Of a stretch of DNA of 32,000 bases, positions 1 to 10,614 are shown piece after piece. A program made the translations under genes and the position numbers. The DNA lies in sequence record JPID01000002.1; one strand, given 5' to 3'. The notes under the pieces were generated by a model. It saw nothing but the letters and a program-made list of their open reading frames with translations, did not search any database and had not been told where the DNA came from. The first letter of the stretch is position 1, and each line of letters opens with the position of its first letter.

Positions 1-109
<109 letters not shown>

Positions 110-131
110 GTGAAATTTTTTCACATTGATT

Positions 132-159
132 AATGTATCATGTTCTGATAAAAAGTCAA
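132..159 (-). promoter_or_regulatory. Candidate sigma70-type (PEP) promoter for the rrn operon
   Basis: On the minus strand TTGACT (154-159) - 16 nt - TACATT (132-137), about 25 nt upstream of the 16S 5' end. The -10 match is only 4/6 and the DNA is AT-rich, so this is weak. Confidence 0.25.
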
Positions 160-182
160 ACCACTCTGCCTCTCTTTATATC

Positions 183-211
183 ATATTTTCCAGAATCTAA
201 CTGGAAAATAT
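183..211 (-). terminator. Perfect 11-bp stem / 7-nt loop between the rps4 3' end and rrs; likely rps4 3' processing/stability hairpin
   Basis: ATATTTTCCAG (183-193) / CTGGAAAATAT (201-211), loop AATCTAA. It lies 49 nt downstream of the rps4 stop codon on the minus strand. Confidence 0.4.
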
Positions 212-259
212 AAATTTTTTAACAAACCAATATATATGTAGTAAAAATTGATATGACTA

Positions 260-868
260 TTAAACTTTACGTGAATAATATTCAACTACTAATAATTCAT
301 TAATTGAAATACCAATTTGATCACGTGCAACTAAATCTTTTACAGTTCCAGTTAAATTCTCTAAATTTGAATTTAAATGCATTGGAATTGTTTTCGAATT
401 AGATTCTTCAAGTGATTTTTTAATAAAATTAAACGATTTTTCTTGAACTTCAATACTATCATAAACTTTACATAAAAAACTTGGAATAGTTACACGTTGC
501 TTATTAACCTTAATATGCCCATGATTAATTAATTGACGCGCCCCGGCAATTGTTTTAGCAAATCCTAAGCGAAATACAATATTATCTAAACGAGTTTCAA
601 TAATTTGTAATAAATTTTCACCAGTTGAACCATTTCGACGTTTTGCTTCACGAACATAACGAATGAGTTGTCGTTCAGTTAAACCATAATTAAATCGTAA
701 TTTCTGTTTTTCTTTCAACTGAAGGGCATATTGTGATTCTTTTACCATACGCTTTTTTGGTCCATGTTGACCAGCTGGATAATTACGTATACACAATTTT
801 TGTGTTAATCCTGGTAAATCGCCTAAACGGCGTGTGATACGTAGTTTTGGACCTCTATATCGAGACAT
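260..868 (-). CDS. rps4: Ribosomal protein S4
   Basis: 202-aa ORF starting MSRYRGPKLRITRRLGDLPGLT..., the typical plastid/bacterial uS4 N-terminus, with an S4 RNA-binding domain (RLDNIVFRLGFAKTIAGARQLINHGHIKVN). Confidence 0.97.
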   Translation of the reverse strand: MSRYRGPKLRITRRLGDLPGLTQKLCIRNYPAGQHGPKKRMVKESQYALQLKEKQKLRFNYGLTERQLIRYVREAKRRNGSTGENLLQIIETRLDNIVFRLGFAKTIAGARQLINHGHIKVNKQRVTIPSFLCKVYDSIEVQEKSFNFIKKSLEESNSKTIPMHLNSNLENLTGTVKDLVARDQIGISINELLVVEYYSRKV

Positions 869-943
869 AAGTTCTATTTAAATATTTTAATTATTCTGAA
901 TAATTTTAGTGTATTTTTTATGTATAAAAAATACACTAAAATC

Positions 944-1351
944 TTAAACTGTTGTTAATTGTTTAACAACTTGAAAACGAGCACGAGCTCGTTTAAATTG
1001 GAAGGTTGCTTCCACACGTTCTTTTTCGTCAGTTACTTGTTCTAATTTAGTTTTTGCATTTTCAAACGCCGATTCAGCATTTTCAGCATTAATATCATCA
1101 ATGCTATCTGCTTCATTTACTAAAATTGTAATTTGGTTATCTTTTACTAATGCAAAACCACCCATTAAAGCAACTGGAATCCATTCAGTTTTTGAACGAA
1201 TTAATGTTACACCAATATCTAAAGCAGTAATTAAAGGGGCATGATTTGATAATACACCCATTTGCCCAGTATTAGTTGGAAGAATAATTTCTTCAGCCTG
1301 ATCATTCCAAAAAATTTGATCAGGAGTCATAATACAAACTTGCAAACTCAT
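944..1351 (-). CDS. atpE: ATP synthase CF1 epsilon subunit
   Basis: 135-aa ORF (MSLQVCIMTPDQIFWNDQAEEIILPTNTGQMGVLSNHAPLITALDIG...) directly downstream of atpB. There is a 19-nt spacer and no ATGA overlap. Confidence 0.96.
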   Translation of the reverse strand: MSLQVCIMTPDQIFWNDQAEEIILPTNTGQMGVLSNHAPLITALDIGVTLIRSKTEWIPVALMGGFALVKDNQITILVNEADSIDDINAENAESAFENAKTKLEQVTDEKERVEATFQFKRARARFQVVKQLTTV

Positions 1352-1370
1352 AAGTCTTATTTAAAATAAA

Positions 1371-2834
<1,464 letters not shown>

Positions 2835-2994
2835 CTATAAATTTCAGTAAATAGGATTTATTTGTTTATCTAACTTGTATAGTTAACTAAATAAAATCTG
2901 TTTTGTAGCAAAATTCTACAAAATATTGTATTGATTTATGTTATATAAATATTCTTTATAGTAACATACTATAAAATATATCTCAATACATATT

Positions 2995-3031
2995 AGGGAT
3001 ATGTAATATATCCCTCATTTATGAGGGATAT
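2995..3031 (-). terminator. psaB 3'-UTR stem-loop region with three arms (two mutually exclusive hairpins)
   Basis: AGGGATAT (2995-3002), ATATCCCT (3008-3015; extended ATATCCCTCAT 3008-3018), ATGAGGGATAT (3021-3031). The middle arm can pair with either flank (8 bp or 11 bp). The region begins 14 nt downstream of the psaB stop codon. Confidence 0.45.
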
Positions 3032-3045
3032 ATTCAAATTGAAGT

Positions 3046-5250
3046 TTAACCAAACTTACCTGATGTTGAGGCAATTAAGAATGCTGCATATGTTAATACA
3101 TAACCAGCTGAGAAATGTGCTAAACCTACTAGACGTGCTTGAACAATTGATAAAGCTACTGGTTTATCTTTCCATCGAACTAAGTTAGCTAATGGTGTAC
3201 GTTCATGTGCCCATGCTAATGTTTCAATTAATTCTTGCCAATAACCACGCCAAGAAATTAAGAACATAAAACCTGTTGCATAAATTAAATGTCCAAATAA
3301 AAACATCCAAGCCCAAACTGATAAACTATTCATACCAAATGGATTGTAACCATTAATTAGTTGTGATGAATTTAACCATAAATAATCACGTAACCACCCC
3401 ATTAAATATGTTGATGATTCGTTGAATTGATTAACATTACCTTGCCAAATACCTAAATGTTTCCAATGGAAATAGAATGTAACCCAACCAATTGTATTTA
3501 ACATCCAGAAAACAGCTAAATAAAATGCATCCCATGCAGAAATATCACATGTACCACCACGGCCTGGACCATCACAAGGGAAACTATAACCAAAATCTTT
3601 TTTATCTGGCATTAATTTAGAACCTCGGGCATCTAATGCACCTTTTACTAAAATTAATGTTGTTGTATGTAAACCTAATGCAATTGCATGGTGAACTAAG
3701 AAATCACCTGGTCCAATTGTTAAAAATAATGAATTTGTATCATTATTAATTGCTTGTAACCAACCAGGTAACCAAATACTTTGGCTTGCAACACTTGCTG
3801 TACTTTGTGAAGTTGATAATAAGAAATCAAATCCATAAGCTGTTTTTCCTTGTGCTGCTTGAATCCATTGTGCGAAGACAGGTTCAATTAAAATTTGTTT
3901 TTCTGGTGTACCAAATGCTTGTACTACATCATTATGTACATATAAGCCAAGAGTATGGAAACCTAAAAATAAACTCACCCAACTTAAATGTGAAATAATC
4001 GCTTCTTTATGTTCTAACATACGTGCTAATACATTATCTTTGTTAGCTTCAGGATCATAGTCACGAACAAAGAAGATTGCACCGTGAGCAAAAGCACCAC
4101 ACATAATAAATCCAGCAATATATTGATGATGTACATATAAAGCTGCTTGCGTTGTAAAATCTTGTGCTAAAAATGCATATGGAGGAAGTGAGTAAATATG
4201 TTGTGCAACCATTGAACAAATTGTTCCAACACTTGCTAATGCTAAACCTAATTGGAAATGTAATGAATTATTAACAGTATCAAATAACCCAGTATGACCA
4301 GCTCCTAATTTACCTGCAGGAGCAACGTGTGAATCTAAAATTTCACGCATACTATGTCCAATCCCGAAAATAGTTCGGTACATATGACCAGCAAGAATAA
4401 AGATTACAGCAATAGCTAAATGGTGATGTGCCATATCAGTTAACCATAAACTTTGTGTTTGTGGATGGAAACCACCAAGGAAAGTTAAAATTGCAGTTCC
4501 AGAACCTTCAGATGTTGAAAATAAATGTGTTGCAGTATCTGGATTTTCTGCATATACGGACCAATTTCCTGTAAAAAATGGTGTTAAACCTGCTGGATGT
4601 GGTAATACAGTTAAAAAATTATCCCAACCAACATGTTGTCCACGTGAAGCTGGAATAGCAACATGAACTAAGTGTCCAGTCCAAGCTAGTGAACTAACAC
4701 CAAATAAACCAGCTAAATGGTGATTTAATCGTGATTCAGCATTTTTAAACCATGATAAAGCAGGTTGAAATGATGGTTGTAAATGTAACCAACCTGCAAA
4801 TAAAAATACTGCCGCTAAAATCATTAAAAAAATTGAACTAGTGTATAGTTCTTGATTAGTACGAATACCAATTGTATACCACCACTGATAAACACCAGAG
4901 GTTGCAATGTTTACAGGACCTGAAGCACCACCGCGTGTAAATGCTTCAACTGCAGGTTGTCCAAAATGTGGGTCCCAAATTGCATGAGCAATGGGTCTTA
5001 CATGAAGTGGATCTTGAACCCACTGTTCGAAATTACCTTGCCATGCAACATGGAATAAATTACCTGATGTCCATAAGAAAATAATTGCTAATTGACCAAA
5101 ATGTGAAGCGAAGATTTTTTGATATAATCTTTCTTCAGTCATACCATCATGACTTTCAAAGTCATGAGCTGTTGCGATACCAAACCATAACCTACGAGTT
5201 GTTGGGTCTTGGGCAAGAGCTTGGCTAAATTTTGGAAATTTTGTTGCCAT
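3046..5250 (-). CDS. psaB: Photosystem I P700 apoprotein A2
   Basis: The track ORF is 754 aa. The conserved PsaB N-terminus [35 protein letters not shown] starts at the internal ATG at 5250 (734 aa), which is preceded by AGGAGA (5258-5263) 7 nt upstream. The [18 protein letters not shown] Fx-cluster loop is present. Confidence 0.98.
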   Translation of the reverse strand: MATKFPKFSQALAQDPTTRRLWFGIATAHDFESHDGMTEERLYQKIFASHFGQLAIIFLWTSGNLFHVAWQGNFEQWVQDPLHVRPIAHAIWDPHFGQPAVEAFTRGGASGPVNIATSGVYQWWYTIGIRTNQELYTSSIFLMILAAVFLFAGWLHLQPSFQPALSWFKNAESRLNHHLAGLFGVSSLAWTGHLVHVAIPASRGQHVGWDNFLTVLPHPAGLTPFFTGNWSVYAENPDTATHLFSTSEGSGTAILTFLGGFHPQTQSLWLTDMAHHHLAIAVIFILAGHMYRTIFGIGHSMREILDSHVAPAGKLGAGHTGLFDTVNNSLHFQLGLALASVGTICSMVAQHIYSLPPYAFLAQDFTTQAALYVHHQYIAGFIMCGAFAHGAIFFVRDYDPEANKDNVLARMLEHKEAIISHLSWVSLFLGFHTLGLYVHNDVVQAFGTPEKQILIEPVFAQWIQAAQGKTAYGFDFLLSTSQSTASVASQSIWLPGWLQAINNDTNSLFLTIGPGDFLVHHAIALGLHTTTLILVKGALDARGSKLMPDKKDFGYSFPCDGPGRGGTCDISAWDAFYLAVFWMLNTIGWVTFYFHWKHLGIWQGNVNQFNESSTYLMGWLRDYLWLNSSQLINGYNPFGMNSLSVWAWMFLFGHLIYATGFMFLISWRGYWQELIETLAWAHERTPLANLVRWKDKPVALSIVQARLVGLAHFSAGYVLTYAAFLIASTSGKFG

Positions 5251-5358
5251 TTGAAATTCTCCTGTCATTAATATTTTGAAAAGAATTAATATGTGAAATT
5301 GAATTTTCAAATACTAATGTATTTAAAAATTCAATTTAGAAAAAGATACACTTAGTTA

Positions 5359-7614
5359 TTAACCAACTGCTAAGATACGTGCTAAGAAGAATGACCATGT
5401 TGTCGCAATACCCCCTAATAAATAGTGAGCAACGCCGACTGCACGACCTTGAGTAATACTTAATGCACGTGGTTGAATTGCTGGAGCTACTTTTAATTTA
5501 TTATGTGCCCAAACAATTGATTCAATTAATTCTTGCCAATAGCCACGACCACTAAATAAAAACATTAAACTAAATGCCCAAACAAAGTGTGCACCTAAGA
5601 AAATTAAACCGTATGCTGATAATGCTGAACCATATGATTGAATTACTTGTGATGATTGAGCCCAAAGAAAATCACGTAACCAACCATTAATTGTATTCGC
5701 ACTCTGTGCAAAGTTACCACCTGTAATATGTGAAATTCCATTTGCACCTACAGTACCCCAAACATCTGATTGCATTTTCCAACTAAAGTGGAAAATTACG
5801 ATTGAAATTGAATTGTACATCCAGAATAAACCTAAGAATACATGATCCCAAGCTGATGATTGACATGTACCACCACGGCCTGGACCGTCACAAGGGAATC
5901 TAAAGCCTAAATTAGCTTTATCTGGAATTAAGCGTGAACTACGTGCATATAACACACCTTTTAATAGAATTAATACTGTCACATGAATTGTGAAAGCATG
6001 AATATGGTGTACCATAAAGTCTGATGTACCTAAAGTAATCGGCATCATTGCAACTTTATTCCCAACTGCTACAATATCTCCACCCCAACTTGGGCTAGTA
6101 CTTGCTAATGCATTTGGTGCTGTAAAACCTGGTGCTGTAAAATGTGTATTTTGTACCCATTGAGCAAAAATTGGTTGTAATTGAATTGCCGTATCTGAGA
6201 ACATATCTTGTGGTCGACCTAATGCACTCATTGTATCATTGTGAATATATAAACCAAAGCTATGAAAACCTAAGAAAATACAAACCCAATTTAAATGTGA
6301 AATAATTGCATCACGATGACGTAATACACGATCTAATAAGTTATTGTAATTATTTGTTGGATCATAATCACGAACCATGAAAATCGCACCATGGGCACCA
6401 GCACCAACAATACAAAAACCACCAATCCATGTATGGTGTGTAAATAATGATAGTTGTGTACCATAATCAGTTGCTAAATACGGATATGGTGGCATAGCAT
6501 ACATATGATGCGCAACAATAATTGATAATGAACCAAATAGTGCTAAATTAATTGCTAATTGTGCATGCCATGAAGTTGTTAAAATTTCATATAGTCCTTT
6601 ATGACCTTCACCTGTAAAAGGTCCTTTATGGGCTTCTAAAATTTCTTTGATGCTATGACCAATACCCCAATTTGTACGGTACATATGACCTGCTACTAAA
6701 AATAAAACCGCAATAGCTACATGATGGTGTGCAGTATCAGTTAACCATAATCCACCTGTTGTTGGGTTTAGACCACCTTGAAATGTTAAAAAATCACTAT
6801 ATTGATTCCAATCTAAAGTAAAGAATGGAGCTAAACCTTTAGCAAAACTAGGATATAATTGCGCCATTAAATCTGAATTGAATAAAAATTCATGTGGTAA
6901 TGGAATTTCTTTTGGATCTACTCCAGCATCTAACAATTTATTAACTGGTAATGAAACATGAATCTGATGTCCAGCCCACGCTAAACTACCAAGACCTAGT
7001 AAACCAGCTAAATGGTGATTTAGCATTGATTCTACATTTTGGAACCACTCTAATTTTGGTGCAGCTTTATGATAATGGAACCAACCAGCAAAAAACATTG
7101 CTGCAGCCATAATTAAACCACCAATAGCTGTTGTATATAATTGTAATTCACTTGTAATACCTGAAGCTCTCCATAATTGGAAAAAACCCGAAGTAATTTG
7201 AATACCTTGGAATCCACCACCAACATCAGCATTTAAAATTTCTTGACCAACAATTGGCCAAACAACTTGTGCACTTGGTTTAATATGTGTTGGATCAGTT
7301 AACCAAGCTTCATAATTAGAAAAACGTGCACCGTGGAAGTACATACCACTTAACCAAATAAAGATAATACCTAATTGGCCAAAATGTGCACTAAAGACTT
7401 TTCTTGAAATTTCTTCAAGATCATTAGTTTGTGTATCAAAATCATGCGCATCAGCATGTAAGTTCCAAATCCATGTTGTTGTAGTTGGACCTTTAGCTAA
7501 TGTTCGTGAAAAATGACCAGGCTTGGCCCATTTTTCAAAACTCGTTGCAACTGGATTTCGATCCACGATAATTTTTACTTTTTTCGCTTCACGTTCTGGA
7601 GGACTAATTGTCAT
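5359..7614 (-). CDS. psaA: Photosystem I P700 apoprotein A1 (uninterrupted, not trans-spliced)
   Basis: 751-aa [46 protein letters not shown]... with [25 protein letters not shown] (7626-7631) lies 11 nt upstream of the ATG. Confidence 0.99.
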   Translation of the reverse strand: MTISPPEREAKKVKIIVDRNPVATSFEKWAKPGHFSRTLAKGPTTTTWIWNLHADAHDFDTQTNDLEEISRKVFSAHFGQLGIIFIWLSGMYFHGARFSNYEAWLTDPTHIKPSAQVVWPIVGQEILNADVGGGFQGIQITSGFFQLWRASGITSELQLYTTAIGGLIMAAAMFFAGWFHYHKAAPKLEWFQNVESMLNHHLAGLLGLGSLAWAGHQIHVSLPVNKLLDAGVDPKEIPLPHEFLFNSDLMAQLYPSFAKGLAPFFTLDWNQYSDFLTFQGGLNPTTGGLWLTDTAHHHVAIAVLFLVAGHMYRTNWGIGHSIKEILEAHKGPFTGEGHKGLYEILTTSWHAQLAINLALFGSLSIIVAHHMYAMPPYPYLATDYGTQLSLFTHHTWIGGFCIVGAGAHGAIFMVRDYDPTNNYNNLLDRVLRHRDAIISHLNWVCIFLGFHSFGLYIHNDTMSALGRPQDMFSDTAIQLQPIFAQWVQNTHFTAPGFTAPNALASTSPSWGGDIVAVGNKVAMMPITLGTSDFMVHHIHAFTIHVTVLILLKGVLYARSSRLIPDKANLGFRFPCDGPGRGGTCQSSAWDHVFLGLFWMYNSISIVIFHFSWKMQSDVWGTVGANGISHITGGNFAQSANTINGWLRDFLWAQSSQVIQSYGSALSAYGLIFLGAHFVWAFSLMFLFSGRGYWQELIESIVWAHNKLKVAPAIQPRALSITQGRAVGVAHYLLGGIATTWSFFLARILAVG

Positions 7615-7717
7615 GGCGAAAAATTCTCCTTGTATAAATTACGTAAATTCAGTAACTATTTAATGAATAAATTTATTAAAAAGTTTTGAAGTATTAAAAA
7701 TAAGAAAATTGATGAAG

Positions 7718-7741
7718 TATGAATAAATTATTTTATTCATA
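7718..7741 (-). terminator. 10-bp AT-rich hairpin in the chlB-psaA spacer
   Basis: TATGAATAAA (7718-7727) / TTTATTCATA (7732-7741), loop TTAT, 82 nt downstream of the chlB stop. AT-only stems arise easily by chance here. Confidence 0.25.
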
Positions 7742-7822
7742 TATTAAGAATAAAATAACTATTTTTTATAATTTAATTATATATTATATAATAAGTGCAT
7801 AACGGGTTAGATACTATATTTA

Positions 7823-9346
7823 CTACGTCCCAACTGATTCTTTTGCTTGATATAACACTTCTAATGTGATCTGAGTTAAATTATTTTGTGTTGCGTATTT
7901 TTCTGTATTGCTTTTCACTTTCCCACGTACAAAACTAGGTATTTTATTTAATTCTTGTAAACTTTCTGTTGACCAATTAATATCATTTAAATTTTCATTT
8001 ATAGTAATTTTTTTTGTATCATGACCACCAAAAATTTCTAATAAATGATCCTCCATTCCTAATGTAAATGAATTATAAATAAGATCACAAATTTGGTTAG
8101 CACCTTCATAACCTAAGAATGGTTTATAACCTAAAGTGAAATTTTGAATATGGACTGGAGCCGAAATGACACCACAAGGAATTGCTAACTTTTTACCAAT
8201 ATGACGTTCCATTTGAGTTCCAAAAATAGCTGCTGGTTCAAGTTTTTCAATTAATTGGGCGATTTCATTATGATCCTCCGTAATTACAATTTGTTCACAA
8301 AAACCATCAACTTGTTCACGAAACCAATCAGCATCATATTTGCAATATGTGCCAGATAAAATCACTTGAATACCCATTTCACGTGTTAATACTTTTGTCA
8401 TATAAGAAGCATGAGTACTATCACCAAATACAATAGCTCGTTTCCCTGTTAAATTTTGGCAATCAATTGATCTCGCAAACCATGCTGCTTGGGATATAAA
8501 TTTCATCTGTTTCTTTATATAAGGTTGAAAATGAACTCTTTCATCAAATTCTTGATTTAGTAAATTCTCAATTGTTTTAATAAAATTTTCTATTTCAATT
8601 AACCCAAATGGACATATATCAATATATGGCATATTAAGTTCCTTTTCTAAAAATTTAGCAGTCATTAAACCAACTTCACGGTAAGGAACAATATTAAACC
8701 ATGCTTTATTAATTTTTTTTAAATCTAAAGTTGATGATCCGTCAGGGATCACTAAATTTACATCAATATTTAAATCTGCAAATAATCTTTTTAATTCACG
8801 AGAATCATGATTATTATGAAACCCTAATGTAAATGCACCTAAAATATTAACAGACGGTCTTTTTGTTTTTGTTGAATCTAATATTCCTAATTGCTTATAC
8901 TTTTTTATATAGAAATTTATAACTTGTTCCAAAGTTTTATCAGCAGCTTGTAACTCATTAATGCGATAATGATTAACATCTGCTAATAAAACATCACAAG
9001 TTGTTGTGTGAGTTGCTTTTTCAACAAAATTCACTAAATCTTCTTGTAAGATGCTTGAAGTACAGGTTGGTGTTACAATGATTAAATCAGGAGTATCTGT
9101 TAAATCTTTTTGAATAATATTATTCATAACTTTATCTTGCGAACCACGTGCTAAAACATGACGATCAACAATACTTGTTGTAACTGGTGTAAAATCACGT
9201 TCACGTTCTAACATGGAACGCATTACATTAAAATAATCATCACCAAGTGGTGCATGCATAATTGCATGTACATTTTTAAAACTACTTGCTACACGTAATG
9301 TTCCAATATGAGCTGGACCTGCATACATCCAATAAGCTAGTTTCAT
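7823..9346 (-). CDS. chlB: Light-independent protochlorophyllide reductase subunit B
   Basis: 507-aa [61 protein letters not shown]..., the characteristic ChlB/BchB N-terminus, full length. Confidence 0.96.
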   Translation of the reverse strand: MKLAYWMYAGPAHIGTLRVASSFKNVHAIMHAPLGDDYFNVMRSMLERERDFTPVTTSIVDRHVLARGSQDKVMNNIIQKDLTDTPDLIIVTPTCTSSILQEDLVNFVEKATHTTTCDVLLADVNHYRINELQAADKTLEQVINFYIKKYKQLGILDSTKTKRPSVNILGAFTLGFHNNHDSRELKRLFADLNIDVNLVIPDGSSTLDLKKINKAWFNIVPYREVGLMTAKFLEKELNMPYIDICPFGLIEIENFIKTIENLLNQEFDERVHFQPYIKKQMKFISQAAWFARSIDCQNLTGKRAIVFGDSTHASYMTKVLTREMGIQVILSGTYCKYDADWFREQVDGFCEQIVITEDHNEIAQLIEKLEPAAIFGTQMERHIGKKLAIPCGVISAPVHIQNFTLGYKPFLGYEGANQICDLIYNSFTLGMEDHLLEIFGGHDTKKITINENLNDINWSTESLQELNKIPSFVRGKVKSNTEKYATQNNLTQITLEVLYQAKESVGT

Positions 9347-9590
9347 AATTAAATTAACCCGAGATATATTTATACTTAACTATAAGTATGAAATATTTTC
9401 TCTAATACAAGTATTTGTATTGATAATCATATATATTTATACTTTTTTTAAAGTATTTAAAATACTAGCAAAAACTGAAAAATCCTAGCATAATAGTAAT
9501 TAAATTATGAACTTTAAAGATAGTTTAAAACTAACTGTGTTTTCATACAGATTAGATTTTAACAAATAAAAACACTGTTGGAGGATTCCT

Positions 9591-9719
9591 GTGTTATTAT
9601 TAGCTAAATTACCGGAAGCTTATGCTCCATTTGATCCAATCGTAGATGTATTACCGGTTATTCCAGTACTTTTCATTCTACTAGCTTTTGTTTGGCAAGC
9701 TGCTGTTAGTTTTCGTTAA
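9591..9719 (+). CDS. psbK: Photosystem II protein K (GTG start, very short presequence)
   Basis: Manual translation gives (M)[41 protein letters not shown], which matches the near-invariant mature PsbK (KLPEAYAPF...WQAAVSFR). There is no in-frame ATG after the upstream TAA at 9567. GGAGG (9580-9584) lies 6 nt upstream of the GTG. Confidence 0.88.
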   Translation: MLLLAKLPEAYAPFDPIVDVLPVIPVLFILLAFVWQAAVSFR

Positions 9720-9772
9720 ACTTCAGTATTGTTTAAAATACAAAATGTAAAAATCACAATTTACAACATTCT

Positions 9773-9874
9773 ATGAATTTTGAAATTCTTTTCCAATTAG
9801 CCGCTTTAGCTTTTATTGTTGCGGCAGGTCCACTTGTAATTGTACTATTATCATTCCGTGGTGGAAACCTATAA
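9773..9874 (+). CDS. ycf12: Photosystem II protein Psb30 (Ycf12)
   Basis: Manual translation gives MNFEILFQLAALAFIVAAGPLVIVLLSFRGGNL* (33 aa). This fits the Ycf12 pattern ...QL..L.......GP.......R.GNL. Confidence 0.85.
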   Translation: MNFEILFQLAALAFIVAAGPLVIVLLSFRGGNL

Positions 9875-9895
9875 GCAAGAATCTGAAAAAAAATT

Positions 9896-9991
9896 ATGCC
9901 TATCGCTGATTATCAAGTCTTCATTGCATTATTTTTAGCTTTAACAACTGGAATCTTTGCTGTACGTCTAGGAGTAGCATTATATAAATAA
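9896..9991 (+). CDS. psaM: Photosystem I subunit XII (PsaM)
   Basis: Manual translation gives [31 protein letters not shown] (31 aa). This fits the PsaM pattern (..D.Q...AL..AL......RL...LYK). Confidence 0.85.
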   Translation: MPIADYQVFIALFLALTTGIFAVRLGVALYK

Positions 9992-10071
9992 TTTATTATT
10001 TATATAATAAATAAGCTAAAAATTAATAAGCGTATTCATATTAATAATACTTCATAGTATGAATTACTAGT

Positions 10072-10106
10072 TTAACTAACTAATTTTAACTAAATTAGTT
10101 AGTTAA
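10072..10106 (+). terminator. Perfect 15-bp stem / 5-nt loop at the end of the psbK-ycf12-psaM cluster
   Basis: TTAACTAACTAATTT (10072-10086) / AAATTAGTTAGTTAA (10092-10106), loop TAACT. It lies 80 nt after the psaM stop and 14 nt before the trnQ promoter candidate. Confidence 0.5.
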
Positions 10107-10120
10107 TTTCTAAACCTTTT

Positions 10121-10148
10121 TTGACAAAATTCTACAAGTATATATAAT
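10121..10148 (+). promoter_or_regulatory. Consensus sigma70-type (PEP) promoter for trnQ
   Basis: TTGACA (10121-10126) - 16 nt - TATAAT (10143-10148). The -10 box ends 11 nt before the trnQ 5' end (10160). Confidence 0.55.
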
Positions 10149-10159
10149 ATATTCATATA

Positions 10160-10230
10160 TGGGGTATCGCCAAGTGGTAAGGCATCTGGTTTTGGTCCAG
10201 ACATTCGGAGGTTCGAATCCTTCTACCCCA
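10160..10230 (+). tRNA. trnQ: tRNA-Gln (anticodon UUG)
   Basis: TGGGGTATCGCCAAGTGGTAAGGC...; acceptor TGGGGTA/TACCCCA, anticodon loop TTTTGGT, T-loop GGTTCGAATCC. Confidence 0.95.
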
Positions 10231-10242
10231 GAATTCCATTTA

Positions 10243-10449
10243 TTAAAAAAAATTTAATATAAAAGTAATTATAATAAACAAAAAAATAAGAAACCATGTT
10301 AAACTATTTACGAAAAGTTTTGCATTTCTATAACTTGAAAAAAAACCAGTTTCATTAAATTTGCGTAATACAATATTTTCCGTTGGGGTTTGAGGAATTA
10401 TTAAAAATAAAATAATTATTCCATTAATTAATTGAAGTATATGAAGCAT
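10243..10449 (-). CDS. ycf47: Small two-TM membrane protein, SecG-like (ycf47-type); divergent
   Basis: The 68-aa ORF is MLHILQLINGIIILFLIIPQTPTENIVLRKFNETGFFSSYRNAKLFVNSLTWFLIFLFIIITFILNFF. It has an N-terminal TM helix ending in a ...Q.P... turn, a short loop, then FFSS....K.....LTW plus a second TM helix. This is the SecG layout (compare E. coli ...LMLQQGKG...LFGSSGSGNFMTRMTALLATLFFIISLVL). The assignment is by pattern only. Confidence 0.5.
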   Translation of the reverse strand: MLHILQLINGIIILFLIIPQTPTENIVLRKFNETGFFSSYRNAKLFVNSLTWFLIFLFIIITFILNFF

Positions 10450-10468
10450 AGTTTATTGAACCGATAGC

Positions 10469-10497
10469 TTGTATATTAAAAGGGTTTATGATACAAT
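10469..10497 (+). promoter_or_regulatory. Candidate promoter for trnF (extended -10)
   Basis: TTGTAT (10469-10474) - 17 nt - TACAAT (10492-10497), with TG at 10489-10490 (TGnTACAAT). The -10 box ends 16 nt before trnF. Confidence 0.35.
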
Positions 10498-10513
10498 TAA
10501 TTAAAATATTTCA

Positions 10514-10586
<73 letters not shown>

Positions 10587-10614
10587 AATAATTAACATTA
10601 TTTCAATACCCAAT

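Noticed and set aside
110-124. Short hairpin GTGAAA-TTT-TTTCAC right at the 16S 5' boundary
   Set aside because: It has only a 6-bp stem. It may belong to the rRNA leader/processing stem, but the pairing partner (the 16S 3' trailer) is outside the window, so it cannot be evaluated.
2909-2921. 13-mer CAAAATTCTACAA shared between the atpB upstream region (2909-2921) and the trnQ promoter spacer (10125-10137)
   Set aside because: With this base composition I estimate tens of chance 13-mer matches among all position pairs in 32 kb. The flanks do not match, and the two copies are in different functional orientations.
2958-2986. Possible atpB promoter on the minus strand (TTGAGA-17-TACTAT)
   Set aside because: Both boxes are weak matches (4/6) in AT-rich DNA, and no positional constraint supports it. 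I could not find better candidates for psaA, rpoB or ftsH either, so I left these unannotated.
3750-3998. Antisense or alternative-frame ORFs inside conserved genes: 3750-3998, 14465-14674, 18671-18952, 20335-20517, 22465-22704, 22765-22983, 25288-25722, 28831-29094, 29993-30214, 30761-30955 and 31391-31666
   Set aside because: Each lies wholly within a well-supported conserved gene (psaB, ftsH, rpoC2, rpoC1, rpoB, petD, clpP, psbB). They have no recognisable similarity and are the expected by-product of biased codon usage.
5251-5310. 20-codon N-terminal extension of the psaB track ORF ([20 protein letters not shown])
   Set aside because: Conserved PsaB starts at MATKFPKF (ATG 5250). That ATG has an AGGAGA box 7 nt upstream, which would lie inside the extension. 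The extension has no PsaB similarity.
9507-9569. 20-codon ATG ORF (MNFKDSLKLTVFSYRLDFNK) upstream of and in frame with psbK
   Set aside because: It is separated from psbK by a TAA stop and has no resemblance to PsbK presequences. It is most simply chance in AT-rich 5' UTR; it is mentioned under the psbK finding only as context.
9983-10008. AT-only 11-bp inverted repeat overlapping the psaM stop codon (TATATAAATAA / TTATTTATATA); a similar AT-only repeat lies at 11646-11675
   Set aside because: The stems are purely A/T and of low stability. Such repeats are expected at high frequency in AT-rich spacers. The 15-bp hairpin at 10072-10106 is the better 3'-end candidate.
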